A DNA stretch of 64,000 bases from an uncultured Spirochaetota bacterium (lineage in GTDB: Bacteria > Spirochaetota > Spirochaetia > SZUA-6 > Fen-1364): NCBI GenBank assembly GCA_963781885.1, contig CAWAHW010000007.1:320001-384000 (forward strand), written 5' to 3'. Positions within the stretch are counted from its first letter, which is position 1, and every line of letters begins with the position of its first letter. The translations under genes were made by a program, and so were the position numbers. Of this stretch, positions 31,689 through 41,308 are shown in pieces. Below the pieces are notes generated by a model that was not told the origin of the DNA, made no database searches, and saw only the letters and a list, made by a program, of their open reading frames with translations.

Positions 31689-32066
31689 ATGAACAGAGGC
31701 ATGAAGGCAGTCATCGTTCACGCGCGGCCGGAAATCCAGGCACGGAGGCTGAGGGTTCTCGTTTCCGTGCGCGCGGATTCCGGGGAGATGCGGGAGGCGC
31801 AGATGCCGGACCGGGAGGTCGCCGCCATTCTTCCGCGCTCGCTGCTGGTGGGGGAGGGCGCCACCGCCCCCGCGTCGCTCCTGAACACCCTTGCGCCCAT
31901 TATCGCGCGCATGAGTGAAGGAAGGCGCGTGCGGCTCTGGGAATACAAGGAGCGCTGGTTCCTTTCATTTCAGCCCTGGAGAAGCGTCCGATTCGTGGAG
32001 GAGGATCCCGGGGGACCGCCGGAAAGCGCCTCGGGGGGACCGGCGGCTACCGCATTTTCCGGCTGA
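31689..32066 (+). CDS. hypothetical protein
   Basis: GAGGAG SD, fills the gap between genes. Confidence 0.55.
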   Translation: MNRGMKAVIVHARPEIQARRLRVLVSVRADSGEMREAQMPDREVAAILPRSLLVGEGATAPASLLNTLAPIIARMSEGRRVRLWEYKERWFLSFQPWRSVRFVEEDPGGPPESASGGPAATAFSG

Positions 32067-32844
32067 GAGACGCCTGCCAGGCGTGCATGAGAATTCCAAA
32101 GGCAACGGAGACATTGAGGGAGCGTTTCGCGCCCGCAAGCGGAATGCTCACCCGCCCCCGCTTGCCGTCGGCCATTCGCAGGGCCTCGGGGCTCAGACCC
32201 AGCTCCTCGGAGCCCACCAGGACGACCCCTGATGCGGGAAAGTCAAACTCGTCGATCGGCGTTCCCCCCAGCTCCAATGCAAAGACATTGTCCTGCGACA
32301 CCAGGTGCTCCAGGTTGCATGTCTCCCAGGGAAGGGCGTCCACGGCGCCAAGAGCCGTGCGGACTGCGCGCGGATGCGTGGGCAGGGGGGTATGCGGAGA
32401 AAGAAGCATGCGCTGAGCCCCGAATGCCTCCGCCGTGCGGAAGAGGGACCCGACATTGAACGGGGAGCGTATATCCTCGAGGTAGATGGTGAAGGGGAAA
32501 GGCCTGAGGCCATCCCTGTCCAGGAGGCCTGTCTCACGGTTCAAAAAGTCCCACTCCGCCGGCTCCGCGTCCAGGACGGAAAGGAGAGCATGGCGAAGGG
32601 CGTTGATGCCCCTGAGGAGGACAGGGTCGTCCGCGCCTTTTTCCAGCACAGAGGCAAGGTCGGTCATGGCCTCGCGCGGGCCCGCGACATCCAGGTCGCT
32701 CATGGCCTGCAGGAGCTCGCGGAGATAGCCGCGCGCGGGCGGTCGGCCCCCCGCGGCGTCCACCTCCAGGCCCTGGAGGATCCGCGCTGTCTTCCTCATG
32801 CGCGTGCGCGGGGAAAGCTCGCGGAGCTTGGAAGGGGGGAACAT
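32047..32844 (-). CDS. TrmH/SpoU family RNA methyltransferase
   Basis: DIRSPFNVGSLFRTA, GSEELG, IPLAGAKRSLNVSVA. Confidence 0.9.
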   Translation of the reverse strand: MFPPSKLRELSPRTRMRKTARILQGLEVDAAGGRPPARGYLRELLQAMSDLDVAGPREAMTDLASVLEKGADDPVLLRGINALRHALLSVLDAEPAEWDFLNRETGLLDRDGLRPFPFTIYLEDIRSPFNVGSLFRTAEAFGAQRMLLSPHTPLPTHPRAVRTALGAVDALPWETCNLEHLVSQDNVFALELGGTPIDEFDFPASGVVLVGSEELGLSPEALRMADGKRGRVSIPLAGAKRSLNVSVAFGILMHAWQASLSRKMR

Positions 32845-33994
32845 CTAGAATGCCGACTTGATCAGCTCGTAGATGTCTTCCGTCGAGACGACGCGTGGCA
32901 GGTAGTTCATCATGTCGAAGCTGCGCGCGGCGCCGGCCACATCGATCATTTCATCCAGGGAGAGATCGAACTCGCGCAGGCGCGTGGGCAGGCCCAGGGA
33001 GGCGATCACGCGGCGCACGGCATCGATGGCCCGGGTCGGGGCCTCCACGGACGACGCATCGCTCACGTCCTCGCCCAGGAGCTTTGCCACTTGCGCGATC
33101 CTATCCCCGCGCACGTTCAGCGCGAACTCCAGGACATAGGGGAGGAGGATCGTGGAGACCCACGACTTGGGGGCCATGAACCGCGCGTTGATGGCAAAGG
33201 CGAGCGCGGAGCCGATGCCCAGCCTCGTCGTGGAGAGCCCGAGACCCAGCAGCATGCCCGGCGATGCTCGCGTTCATCCGCATGCGGATGTCATCCACGT
33301 TCTGGAGGCCGTCCTTGATGAGCACGCCAAGCATCTCGATGGCGCGGACCATGTAGGTGTCGGAGAGGAAGTTCGCCTTCGCGGAGAGGAAACCCTCGAT
33401 GCAGCACAGGAGGGTATCCATGATCGTGGTCGCCGTGTACTTCGCCGGCAGCGTGAGGCTCAGCTTGGGATCCAGGAGCGTCGCCTTCGTGATCCCCTTC
33501 TGCGTCCTGCCGATCCTTCCCGTGCGGTCCCTGCCGTCCACCAGGAGGTATTCGTCGCCGAACATGAACGGATTGCGGCAGGTGGTGGGCACTTCGATGA
33601 AGGCAAGAGGCACGGCCTGCGGCTGCACGCCCGAGAGGTAGTCGTCCATGTCGTTTTCCGCCGGAGCGGTCATGGCGATGCACTTGGCGATGGAAAGGGT
33701 GCGGGTGCCCCCCAGCCCGATGACGACATCGGCGTGGGAGCCGCGCGCCAGGGTGACACCGTCGTCCACGGTCTTGCTGGTGGCGTTGGGGACAACTTCG
33801 TCGAACACGATGTGCTGGACGCCCTTCTTTTCAAGGATGTCCTGCACCTTGTTGATGACCTTCCCCTCGTAGAGGATGGCCTCGGTGACCAGGAAGGCGC
33901 GCTCGCCGTATTCGGCCACCAGCTGGCCAATGCGATTGACGGTGTCCAGCCCGAAGATGACCCGCGTCGGGATGTGGAAAAGGACGTCCGGCAT
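32845..33994 (-). CDS. iron-containing alcohol dehydrogenase family protein (frameshift near 33262)
   Basis: PTRVIFG, FDEVVPN, GLGG, VPTT, LLDPKL; canonical His ligands look degenerate. Confidence 0.75.
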
Positions 33995-34012
33995 GTTTTC
34001 ACTCACCTCCCA

Positions 34013-34038
34013 CGCGGCCACGGTAGTCCGTGGCCGCG
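34013..34038. repeat. solo copy of the palindromic repeat family
   Basis: CGCGGCCACGG-TAGT-CCGTGGCCGCG, perfect 11-bp stem, same core as the 6216 array. Confidence 0.8.
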
Positions 34039-34047
34039 CTGGCCATG

Positions 34048-34082
34048 AAAAAAAAGCGGAGAATCCCGAAGGATACCTCCGC
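34048..34082 (-). terminator. intrinsic terminator of flgM
   Basis: GCGGAG..ATCC-TTCG-GGAT.CTCCGC followed by T8. Confidence 0.85.
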
Positions 34083-34106
34083 CTTCACCCCACAATGAAC
34101 GCAGGC

Positions 34107-34391
34107 TCAGATGCCGAAGGACTTCATGATCCCTTCCGCGGTTTTCTCGATGACTTCCTGCGACGGATACGAAGGATCCTGGAGCTTGCGCTTGATCTCC
34201 TCAACCCGGTCCGCGCGAACGTCCGGTGCGGTCTTTGCGGCCTCGACGGCCTTGAAAACCTCCGACTTCGAGCGCGCCTCCGAGGACACGTTGATGGAAT
34301 CGACGTCGCTCTTTGCCCGGGTCTTCGCGGGCTTGTCAGGCTTTTTGATGTTCGATGCGGGATCGAGCGGGCCTATCCTCTCAACGGTCAT
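34107..34391 (-). CDS. flgM: anti-sigma28 factor
   Basis: DSINVSSEA...PDVRADRVEEIKRKL. Confidence 0.8.
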   Translation of the reverse strand: MTVERIGPLDPASNIKKPDKPAKTRAKSDVDSINVSSEARSKSEVFKAVEAAKTAPDVRADRVEEIKRKLQDPSYPSQEVIEKTAEGIMKSFGI

Positions 34392-34412
34392 AGGACCTTC
34401 CTTTCACTACCC

Positions 34413-34440
34413 TTATCGACAGCCAGGAAATCCAACTTGA
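34413..34440 (-). promoter_or_regulatory. sigma28-type promoter of flgM
   Basis: TCAA-16 nt-GTCGATAA. Confidence 0.6.
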
Positions 34441-34503
34441 ACCCTTTTCCTTCTTTATAAGCGGCGCGGGCGGATTCGTCAAGATCGCCGCGCGGCGCCG
34501 CGG

Positions 34504-34995
34504 CTACAAACGTATGATTTCCACCGCCATTGTGGCGGTATCCACAAGCGCCACCGTGGCGGCATCTGCAAGATAGCCCGCGCAGGTCCCCGGGTTGAGG
34601 ATCTTTTTGTCGGTTCCCTCGACCCTTGCCTTGTGGTTGTGGCCGTAGATCACCAGGTCATAAGCGCCCAACCGGTACAGGTCGTCCGCCAGGTCTGGGT
34701 AATGCATGACGACGATGCGACGTCCTCCGAGGCTCACCGTGCTCGACCCGTCGGTAAAGGAGCAGAAATCGCCTGCGCGGCGGCCGAGAAGATAGCGGTC
34801 CCCGTCGTTATTGCCAAAAACGGCGGTCATTTTTATGCCTTTTTCCGAAAGAGGCTTGAACTCGGCAAATACAAAGGGTGAGCAGAAGTCTCCCGCATGG
34901 ATGAGAGCCTCCACGCCGTTTTTCGAAAAGATTTCCACCGCCTTGTGGATATTTGCGAGATGGTCGTGCGAGTCCGCGAGAACCCCTATTTTCAT
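34504..34995 (-). CDS. YfcE-family metallophosphoesterase
   Basis: DSHD, HAGD, GNND, GHNH, NPG. Confidence 0.9.
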   Translation of the reverse strand: MKIGVLADSHDHLANIHKAVEIFSKNGVEALIHAGDFCSPFVFAEFKPLSEKGIKMTAVFGNNDGDRYLLGRRAGDFCSFTDGSSTVSLGGRRIVVMHYPDLADDLYRLGAYDLVIYGHNHKARVEGTDKKILNPGTCAGYLADAATVALVDTATMAVEIIRL

Positions 34996-35171
34996 CACCA
35001 GCCTCGAGTGAAGATACCCATTTCTCACACTATCGGCGCGGAGCGTCGATACTGAAAGGCCGAGCGCCGCCCGCGGCGTGGAACGACAGCCCTCGATCCG
35101 TCATGGGCCGGCTTCGCCTTCACCGGCGACCGTTTCTTTACACCCGACCGGGCGCCTGCTACACTCCGCCC

Positions 35172-35960
35172 ATGAAAAGGATCGGCATCGTCGGTTATGG
35201 GATCATGGGACAGGCATTCGCCGCGGGCCTTGCGCGCAGGATGCCCCAGGTGCCCATCGTTGCATTCGACGTCAAACGCGACAGCGTGGAGGCCGCCGCC
35301 CGCGCGGGAACCCTCACCGCCGCACGGACCGCCTCGGAGGTGTTTTCCTCCACCGACATTGCCATCCTGAGCGTGAAGCCGCAGGACCTGAATGTCCTTG
35401 CCGCGGAGGTGAGGGACGCCTCCCGGGGCAGGCCGGTCATCTCCATTCTCGCGGGCCGGCGCATCCAGTCGCTCTGCGATCTGCTGGGTACCGACCAGGT
35501 CGCGCGCTTCATGCCCACCCTCGCCGCCGTCAAAGGCGCGTCGCTCGTCGGTGTCGCCTTCCACGCCGCGGCCTCCGCGCAGCTCCGCCAGGATGCCCTT
35601 TCGATTGCCGACGCGCTGGGAAGCCATCTGGAAATTCCTGAAAAGCTCATGTCTGCCATGACGGGCGTCTCCGGCTCGGGGCTCGCCTACGTGCTTCAGT
35701 TCGTCCACGCCATGGCGCAGGGCGGCGTCGCGTCGGGCTTCGACTACCCGACCGCGCTCGCCGTCGCCGTTGCCGGCCTGGAGGGAGCCGCGAGCCTTCT
35801 GAAGGACGGCACGCATCCCCTGGAGCTCGTGAGCCGCGTTACCTCCCCTGCGGGGACGACCATCCAGGGCGTCCGGGCCCTGGAGCGGGGCGGGTTCACG
35901 GCCACGGTGATGGAAGCCGTGGAGGCGGCGGCGCGCAAAGCCACCGAGTTCGAAGGATAG
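35172..35960 (+). CDS. proC: pyrroline-5-carboxylate reductase
   Basis: GYGIMG, VKPQ, SGSGLAY, VTSPAGTTIQG. Confidence 0.92.
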   Translation: MKRIGIVGYGIMGQAFAAGLARRMPQVPIVAFDVKRDSVEAAARAGTLTAARTASEVFSSTDIAILSVKPQDLNVLAAEVRDASRGRPVISILAGRRIQSLCDLLGTDQVARFMPTLAAVKGASLVGVAFHAAASAQLRQDALSIADALGSHLEIPEKLMSAMTGVSGSGLAYVLQFVHAMAQGGVASGFDYPTALAVAVAGLEGAASLLKDGTHPLELVSRVTSPAGTTIQGVRALERGGFTATVMEAVEAAARKATEFEG

Positions 35961-36038
35961 GCTTCCTTCCCGCCGCGCGCGGCGTCTGGCGAAGCGCGCA
36001 CCGTTGCCAGAGCCCGTTCTCTCCGCTATGATCGGAAA

Positions 36039-37316
36039 ATGCTCGACCTGAAGTTCATCCGTGACAACATCGATGCGGTCCGCCTGAACGTGAAGCACCG
36101 CCACGTCGCGGCCGATCCCGACCTTGTCGTGCGCCTCTACGACCGGCGCAACCAGCTCCTGAAGGAGCTGGAAGGCCTGCGCGCCTCGCGCAATGCGAAC
36201 GCGGACCGCATGAAGGGAAAGCTCAGCCCCGAGGAGCGTGCCCCCCTGGTAGAGGAGGGCAGGCGGCTGAAGGAATCCATCGCGGAGCTGGAAAAGCGCA
36301 ACGAGGAGACCGAGAAGACCCTCACAGAGGAAGCGCTGAAGATCCCGAACATGTCACACCCGTCGGCTCCCATCGCCGAAGGGGAGGCGGGAAATGCCCA
36401 GCTTCGCACGTGGGGCACTCCGCCGGCTTTTTCCTTTGCCGCGCGGGACCACGTGCAGCTCGGGCAGTCGCTGGACCTCATCGACTTCGAGACGGGCGCA
36501 AAAGTCGCGGGGCAGAAGTTCTACTACTTGAAAAATCAGGCGGTGATCCTGGAGCTCGCCCTGGTGCGCTACGCGGTGGACGCCCTCATGCGTGAAGGAT
36601 TCACGCCCATGATGACGCCGGACGTGGCGCGGGAGGAGATCGTCGCCGGTCATGGCTTCAATCCCCGCGGGCCCGAGAGCAACATCTATCCCGTGGAGGG
36701 GACGGACCTGTGCCTTATCGCCACGGCGGAGTTCACGCTCGGCGGTTACCACGCCGGTCGGGTCTTCACGCCGGACCAGCTTCCCCTCAAGCTCGCGGGT
36801 GTCTCCCATTGCTTCCGACGCGAAGCGGGGGCAGCGGGGCAGTTCTCCAAGGGACTCTATCGCGTGCACCAGTTCACGAAGGTGGAGATGTTCGCGTTCT
36901 GTCTGCCCGCGGAATCGGAGGCCATGCTGGACCGGCTCATCGGCGTGGAGGAAAAAATCTTCCAGGGGCTGGAGATTCCTTACCGAATCGTGGACACCTG
37001 CACGGGAGACCTCGGCGGACCGGCCTACAGGAAATTCGACATCGAGGCGTGGATGCCCGGGCGTGGTGAGAAGGGCGAATGGGGGGAAATCACCAGTGCG
37101 TCGAACTGCACGGACTACCAGGCGCGGCGCCTGGGCATCCGGTACAAGGAGCAGGGCGGCAAGAACCCCTTCGTCCACACGCTGAACGGAACGGCGCTTG
37201 CCGTCTCACGGACGCTGATCGCGCTGATGGAGAACTTCCAGCAGCAGGATGGAAGCATCGCGCTGCCGGCATCTTTGGCTGCCTATACGGGATTCAAGGA
37301 GATAAAGGCGATATGA
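36039..37316 (+). CDS. serS: serine--tRNA ligase
   Basis: LIATAE, FRREAG, YRVHQFTKVE, EITSASNC, TLNGT; TTGCCA-17-TATGAT upstream. Confidence 0.96.
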   Translation: MLDLKFIRDNIDAVRLNVKHRHVAADPDLVVRLYDRRNQLLKELEGLRASRNANADRMKGKLSPEERAPLVEEGRRLKESIAELEKRNEETEKTLTEEALKIPNMSHPSAPIAEGEAGNAQLRTWGTPPAFSFAARDHVQLGQSLDLIDFETGAKVAGQKFYYLKNQAVILELALVRYAVDALMREGFTPMMTPDVAREEIVAGHGFNPRGPESNIYPVEGTDLCLIATAEFTLGGYHAGRVFTPDQLPLKLAGVSHCFRREAGAAGQFSKGLYRVHQFTKVEMFAFCLPAESEAMLDRLIGVEEKIFQGLEIPYRIVDTCTGDLGGPAYRKFDIEAWMPGRGEKGEWGEITSASNCTDYQARRLGIRYKEQGGKNPFVHTLNGTALAVSRTLIALMENFQQQDGSIALPASLAAYTGFKEIKAI

Positions 37317-37318
37317 GC

Positions 37319-37348
37319 AAGGCCGCGGGCGTCCCGCGGCCTTTTCTT
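37319..37348 (+). terminator. intrinsic terminator between convergent genes
   Basis: AAGGCCGCGGG-CGT-CCCGCGGCCTT-TTCTT. Confidence 0.75.
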
Positions 37349-37367
37349 GTCAGCGTGAACCGGGCCG

Positions 37368-37580
37368 TTACTTTGTCATCTGCGCGAGGTTGCCGACCAG
37401 GAGCGTCTGGTAGTCCTTGAAAGTGTACGGCCGGCGTGCCTTCATCTGCTGCCTCGTGACGTCCCAGAGCTCTTCCTGGCAGGGGACGCAGAGCTCCTTG
37501 TCCAGGACGACATGGTAGTTGACGTCCTTGCGTGCCCCGGGTACCGCCTTCTTGCAGACATCACACACGATCGCTGTCAT
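37368..37580 (-). CDS. 70-aa CxxC...CxxC putative zinc-finger protein
   Basis: CDVC and CVPC; AAGGAG SD; TCGACA-17-TACTAT at 37637-37609. Confidence 0.7.
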   Translation of the reverse strand: MTAIVCDVCKKAVPGARKDVNYHVVLDKELCVPCQEELWDVTRQQMKARRPYTFKDYQTLLVGNLAQMTK

Positions 37581-37672
37581 GTTCACTCTCCTTGCAAGTC
37601 GTTGTCTTATAGTAAAGAAAAACCCGGCGGTTGTCGATAGCGGGTCCGACCGGATGATGCGCAGCGGCCGCA

Positions 37673-37789
37673 GCACGGCGTACCGTGCATGCAAACGCAC
37701 GGCGTACCGTGCATGCAAACGCACGGCGTACCGTGCATGCAAACGCACGGCGTACCGTGCATGCAAACGCACGGCGTACCGTGCATGCA
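37673..37789 (+). repeat. tandem array of a 24-bp palindromic unit GCACGGCGTACCGTGCATGCAAAC, about 4.9 copies
   Basis: Identical units at 37673, 37697, 37721 and 37745, partial at 37769; hairpin GCACGG-CGTA-CCGTGC. Confidence 0.95.
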
Positions 37790-37849
37790 GTGGACGCATC
37801 CGGGCAATTCTGTGTACCCTTAGGTCCGGGTCGGAGAGAGGGGATTGAA

Positions 37850-38953
37850 ATGACCGATGCGCTGGAGAGGCTGAAAGAGGAGAATATTCCCTTTCTGCTC
37901 TGCGGATATTCCTCTCTGGACCGGTACTTTCGCATGCCCGAGACGGGCCCCCTCTACCTCGCCATTGATTCCTCCCTTGTATCCCTTGCGAAAGCATTCG
38001 ACGACCTGCAATTTCCGGGCCTCCCCCTGGAGGACGCCAGCGTCCAGGCCGATGGACGGCGCCTGGTGTTCCGGTGCGTCGACTCACTCGCCGTTCCGCC
38101 GAGCGCGCCCTTCAGCGTGCTGCGGCTGCTCTATGACCCCGGGCGCAACGCCTTCATCGACAGGATCGATCTCTACCCCGACCTGCGGGCCGGGACACTT
38201 GGGGGCACGTCCGTCTCCAGCGAGGCGCCCCGCTGGCTCGCGCTCTGCGAGGCGGCGCGCCTCGTGTCGCGCTATCACTACACCGCCGACCCGCTCGCCC
38301 TTGGCTGGGGTAAAGGCGACGAGCTGCCCCCGCCGGCCTATCAGCGCGACCTCCTGATCGGCCTGCTGGGCTCGCGCAATCCGCACAAGGGGCTGGAGCT
38401 GCTGGAGGCCGCGGGCTTCGTCGCGGAAACATGGCCCGAGCTCTACGACATGACCCGCGTGCCGCAGGGAAAGGACTTCCATCCCGACGGCAACGTCTGG
38501 GAACATACCCTGGCGACGCTGACGTACCGCAAGCGCCCCGACGTTCTGCTCTCTCTTGCCCTCGTCCTACACGATTGCGGCAAGCCCCATGCGGAGGGCT
38601 CCAAGGAAAAGCGATTCGACGGTCACGCCGAGATCGGCGCGCGCATCGCGACGCGCTTCCTCCGTCGGCTGGGCTTCCCGCAGGAGACGATCTCATCGGT
38701 GGAGTTCCTCGTGCGCTTCCACATGATGCCGCCCGCGCTGAAGAGCCTGCCGTCATTCCGCACCGACCCCATCCTGGCCTCTCCGCTTTTTCCGCAGCTT
38801 CTGGAGCTCTACCGCGCGGACGCGGCCTCCTGCTACGCCGACGAGGAGGGCTACTACGAGGCCTGCCGGATCTACAAGGCGTGGCAAAAGGACCGGGGGA
38901 ATCCGTTCATCGTGGAGAAGCAGCGCCGCCAGCGCGCGCGCATGCGCCGCTAG
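37850..38953 (+). CDS. HD-domain protein resembling the C-terminal part of CCA-adding enzymes
   Basis: VPQGKDFHPDGNVWEHT, LHDCGKP, FDGHAEIGA, RFHM. Confidence 0.8.
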   Translation: MTDALERLKEENIPFLLCGYSSLDRYFRMPETGPLYLAIDSSLVSLAKAFDDLQFPGLPLEDASVQADGRRLVFRCVDSLAVPPSAPFSVLRLLYDPGRNAFIDRIDLYPDLRAGTLGGTSVSSEAPRWLALCEAARLVSRYHYTADPLALGWGKGDELPPPAYQRDLLIGLLGSRNPHKGLELLEAAGFVAETWPELYDMTRVPQGKDFHPDGNVWEHTLATLTYRKRPDVLLSLALVLHDCGKPHAEGSKEKRFDGHAEIGARIATRFLRRLGFPQETISSVEFLVRFHMMPPALKSLPSFRTDPILASPLFPQLLELYRADAASCYADEEGYYEACRIYKAWQKDRGNPFIVEKQRRQRARMRR

Positions 38954-39014
38954 CGCGCGGACTCTGCGCGCCCGCGTGCGCCGCCAAGCCGGCGGGCGCC
39001 GCGCGGCCTACGGA

Positions 39015-40349
39015 TCAGCCGAATGTCCGCAAGAGATAGTCTGAAAGCTCCGGCAGCGTCGTTCCCAGGCGCACCGCCTGCTTGGGCAGGCCGAGACAGC
39101 GCGCGAGCCTTTCGGGCATCTCAGGAAGCCTGCCTGTCGCCCTCTGGACGATTTCGGAGAACTTCGCGGGGTGCGCCGTGGAGAGAACGATCACCCGCGG
39201 CGATTCCGGCCCGCCGCGCGCGCCCGAGGCTGCGGCCGACTCCAGATGGTCCAGAGCGGCGGCGACCCCCACGGCGGTGTGCGGGTCCAGCATCTGCCCG
39301 TGCTCGTTGTAAATCCGTTTCATCGTTTCCAGGGTGCGGATGTCGGTGATCGCACGGCCCTCTATCCTATCCGCCATGCCCTCCCAGCTCCCCTGGAATA
39401 TCTCCACCAGCCGCTCGAAGTTGCTCGGATTGCCGACGTCCATGGCGTTGGAAAGCGTCCGCGCCGACGGCCGCGGATTGAACCTGCCGCTGTCGAGGTA
39501 CACGGGGACGACGTCGTTGACATTCGTCGCGGCGATGAAACCGGAAACGGGCAGGCCCCAGCGCCATGCAAGGACGCCGGCCGTGAGATTCCCAAAATTG
39601 CCGCTGGGCACGCAGATCGTCGGCGCCGTCTTGCCGAGCGCGCTCCGCCGCGTCCCCGCGAAAATATAGTACAGGCATTGGGGCAGGAGCCGCCCGATAT
39701 TGATGGAGTTTGCCGACGTGAGCTTCAGGCGCCCGCGCAGCACCCGGTCCTGGAATGCCTCCTTGACCAGGCGCTGGCAGTCGTCGAAGCTTCCCGCCAC
39801 CTCCAAAGCGTGGACGTTTCCGCCCATCGTCGTCAGCTGCTTTTCCTGCAGCTCGCTCACCCGGCCCGAGGGATAGAGGATGATGACGTCGATGTTCCTG
39901 CGTCCATGGAATGCATGCGCGACCGCGCTGCCCGTGTCCCCGGAGGTCGCCACGAGGACCTGTATTCTTTCCGTGCTCTGCCGGAGGAACTCCTCCATTG
40001 ACGCGGCGAGGAACTGGGCGCCGAAATCCTTGAATGCGCAGGTGGGGCCGTGGAAAAGCTCGAGGAGCAGGATGCGGTCATTCAGCTTTTTGAGCACCGG
40101 CGCAAACGGGAATGCCGCGCGGGCAAGACCCTTCGCCTGTGCCTCGCCGAGCTCGGGGCCAAGGAGCGCCGCGCTCACCTCCCCCGCCACGTCGACAAAG
40201 GAATGCGCGTCATCCAGCCGGGCGATGAGGGGGCCGAGGTCCGGAGCTTCCACGGGATGATAGAGCCCGCCGTCAGGAGCAAGCCCCGTGAAAAGCGCGT
40301 CCCGGAAACTGACGGCGCTCTGCGGATGCGCCCGACTTGCGAATTTCAC
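39015..40349 (-). CDS. thrC: threonine synthase
   Basis: GLAPDGGL, ELFHGPTCAFKDFG, ATSGDTG, PSGNFGN, STAHPAKF. Confidence 0.95.
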   Translation of the reverse strand: MKFASRAHPQSAVSFRDALFTGLAPDGGLYHPVEAPDLGPLIARLDDAHSFVDVAGEVSAALLGPELGEAQAKGLARAAFPFAPVLKKLNDRILLLELFHGPTCAFKDFGAQFLAASMEEFLRQSTERIQVLVATSGDTGSAVAHAFHGRRNIDVIILYPSGRVSELQEKQLTTMGGNVHALEVAGSFDDCQRLVKEAFQDRVLRGRLKLTSANSINIGRLLPQCLYYIFAGTRRSALGKTAPTICVPSGNFGNLTAGVLAWRWGLPVSGFIAATNVNDVVPVYLDSGRFNPRPSARTLSNAMDVGNPSNFERLVEIFQGSWEGMADRIEGRAITDIRTLETMKRIYNEHGQMLDPHTAVGVAAALDHLESAAASGARGGPESPRVIVLSTAHPAKFSEIVQRATGRLPEMPERLARCLGLPKQAVRLGTTLPELSDYLLRTFG

Positions 40350-41305
40350 CCGGCGCCCCCGCGCTCCATCGGCACGACGACCGGGCCCCGGGGGTTGACG
40401 GCGGAAAGATAGAGGTCCGACGCGAGACCCGCCTTCTGGAAGGCATCGGCCATTGCGCGGCCCGCGGCCGCGGAAAGCTCCGGGCTGGCGCAGAGGGCGA
40501 AGACCGAAGGGCCCGAGCCGGAGATGGAGCAGCCCAGCGCGCCGGCTTCCAGCGCGGCCGCTTTCACCGCGGGAAAGCCGGGGATGAGGAATGACCGCGC
40601 GGGCTCCGCCACGACGTCCTGCAGCGATCTGCCCAGGAGGCTCAGGTCACCCGTGTACAGGGCGGCGACCAGCGCGGCGAGATTGCCCCACTGCCGGGTG
40701 GCATCCGACAGGCGTATTTCCTTTTTCAGGACGCGCCGCGCGTCCTCCGTGCGAAGCTCGGTGTGGGGATGCGCGACCGCGCAGGAAAGGCCGGCGGGCA
40801 CCGGAAGCTGCACGATGTCCAGCGGCTGGTAGCTCCTGATGAGCACGAATCCGCCCAGGAGGGCGGGGGCGACATTGTCGGCGTGCGCCGAGCCGCATGC
40901 CACGCGCTCCGCCTCCATGGTGAAGGGCAGGAGGTCACGACGGGAAAGAGGCTCCCCCGCGAGCATATTCGCCGCCACCACGGCAGCAACCGCGCTTGCC
41001 GCGGAGCTTCCCAGGCCCGAGCTCAGCGGCATCCTCTTCTCAAGGCTGATCTCCACGCCGAACGGGTTTCCGATCCTGTCGAGGAAACCGGACACGGCGA
41101 CGGCGGAAGTATTCTTGCGCGGGTCCGTGGGAAGCTTGCCGTCATCACCGGTAATCGAGACGACGCGTATGCCCTTCTCCTGCGTGCGCACCAGGAGCGC
41201 CGCGTCCCCCGGCGTCTCCAGCGCAAAGCCCAGGACGTCGAAACCCGAGGCGACATTTGCCACGGTGGCCGGGGCGAAGACGCGGATGCGGTCGGGGTGC
41301 GCCAT
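40346..41305 (-). CDS. thrB: homoserine kinase
   Basis: APATVANVASGFD, SGLGSSAAS, HADNVAP, ISGSGPS. Confidence 0.95.
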   Translation of the reverse strand: MAHPDRIRVFAPATVANVASGFDVLGFALETPGDAALLVRTQEKGIRVVSITGDDGKLPTDPRKNTSAVAVSGFLDRIGNPFGVEISLEKRMPLSSGLGSSAASAVAAVVAANMLAGEPLSRRDLLPFTMEAERVACGSAHADNVAPALLGGFVLIRSYQPLDIVQLPVPAGLSCAVAHPHTELRTEDARRVLKKEIRLSDATRQWGNLAALVAALYTGDLSLLGRSLQDVVAEPARSFLIPGFPAVKAAALEAGALGCSISGSGPSVFALCASPELSAAAGRAMADAFQKAGLASDLYLSAVNPRGPVVVPMERGGAG

Positions 41306-41308
41306 GCC

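Noticed and set aside
37673-37789. CRISPR array or coding repeat (HANARRTV / RLHARYAV peptides)
   Set aside because: No spacers. The flanking genes have better starts at 37580 and 37850, so the peptide repeats come from ORF over-extension.
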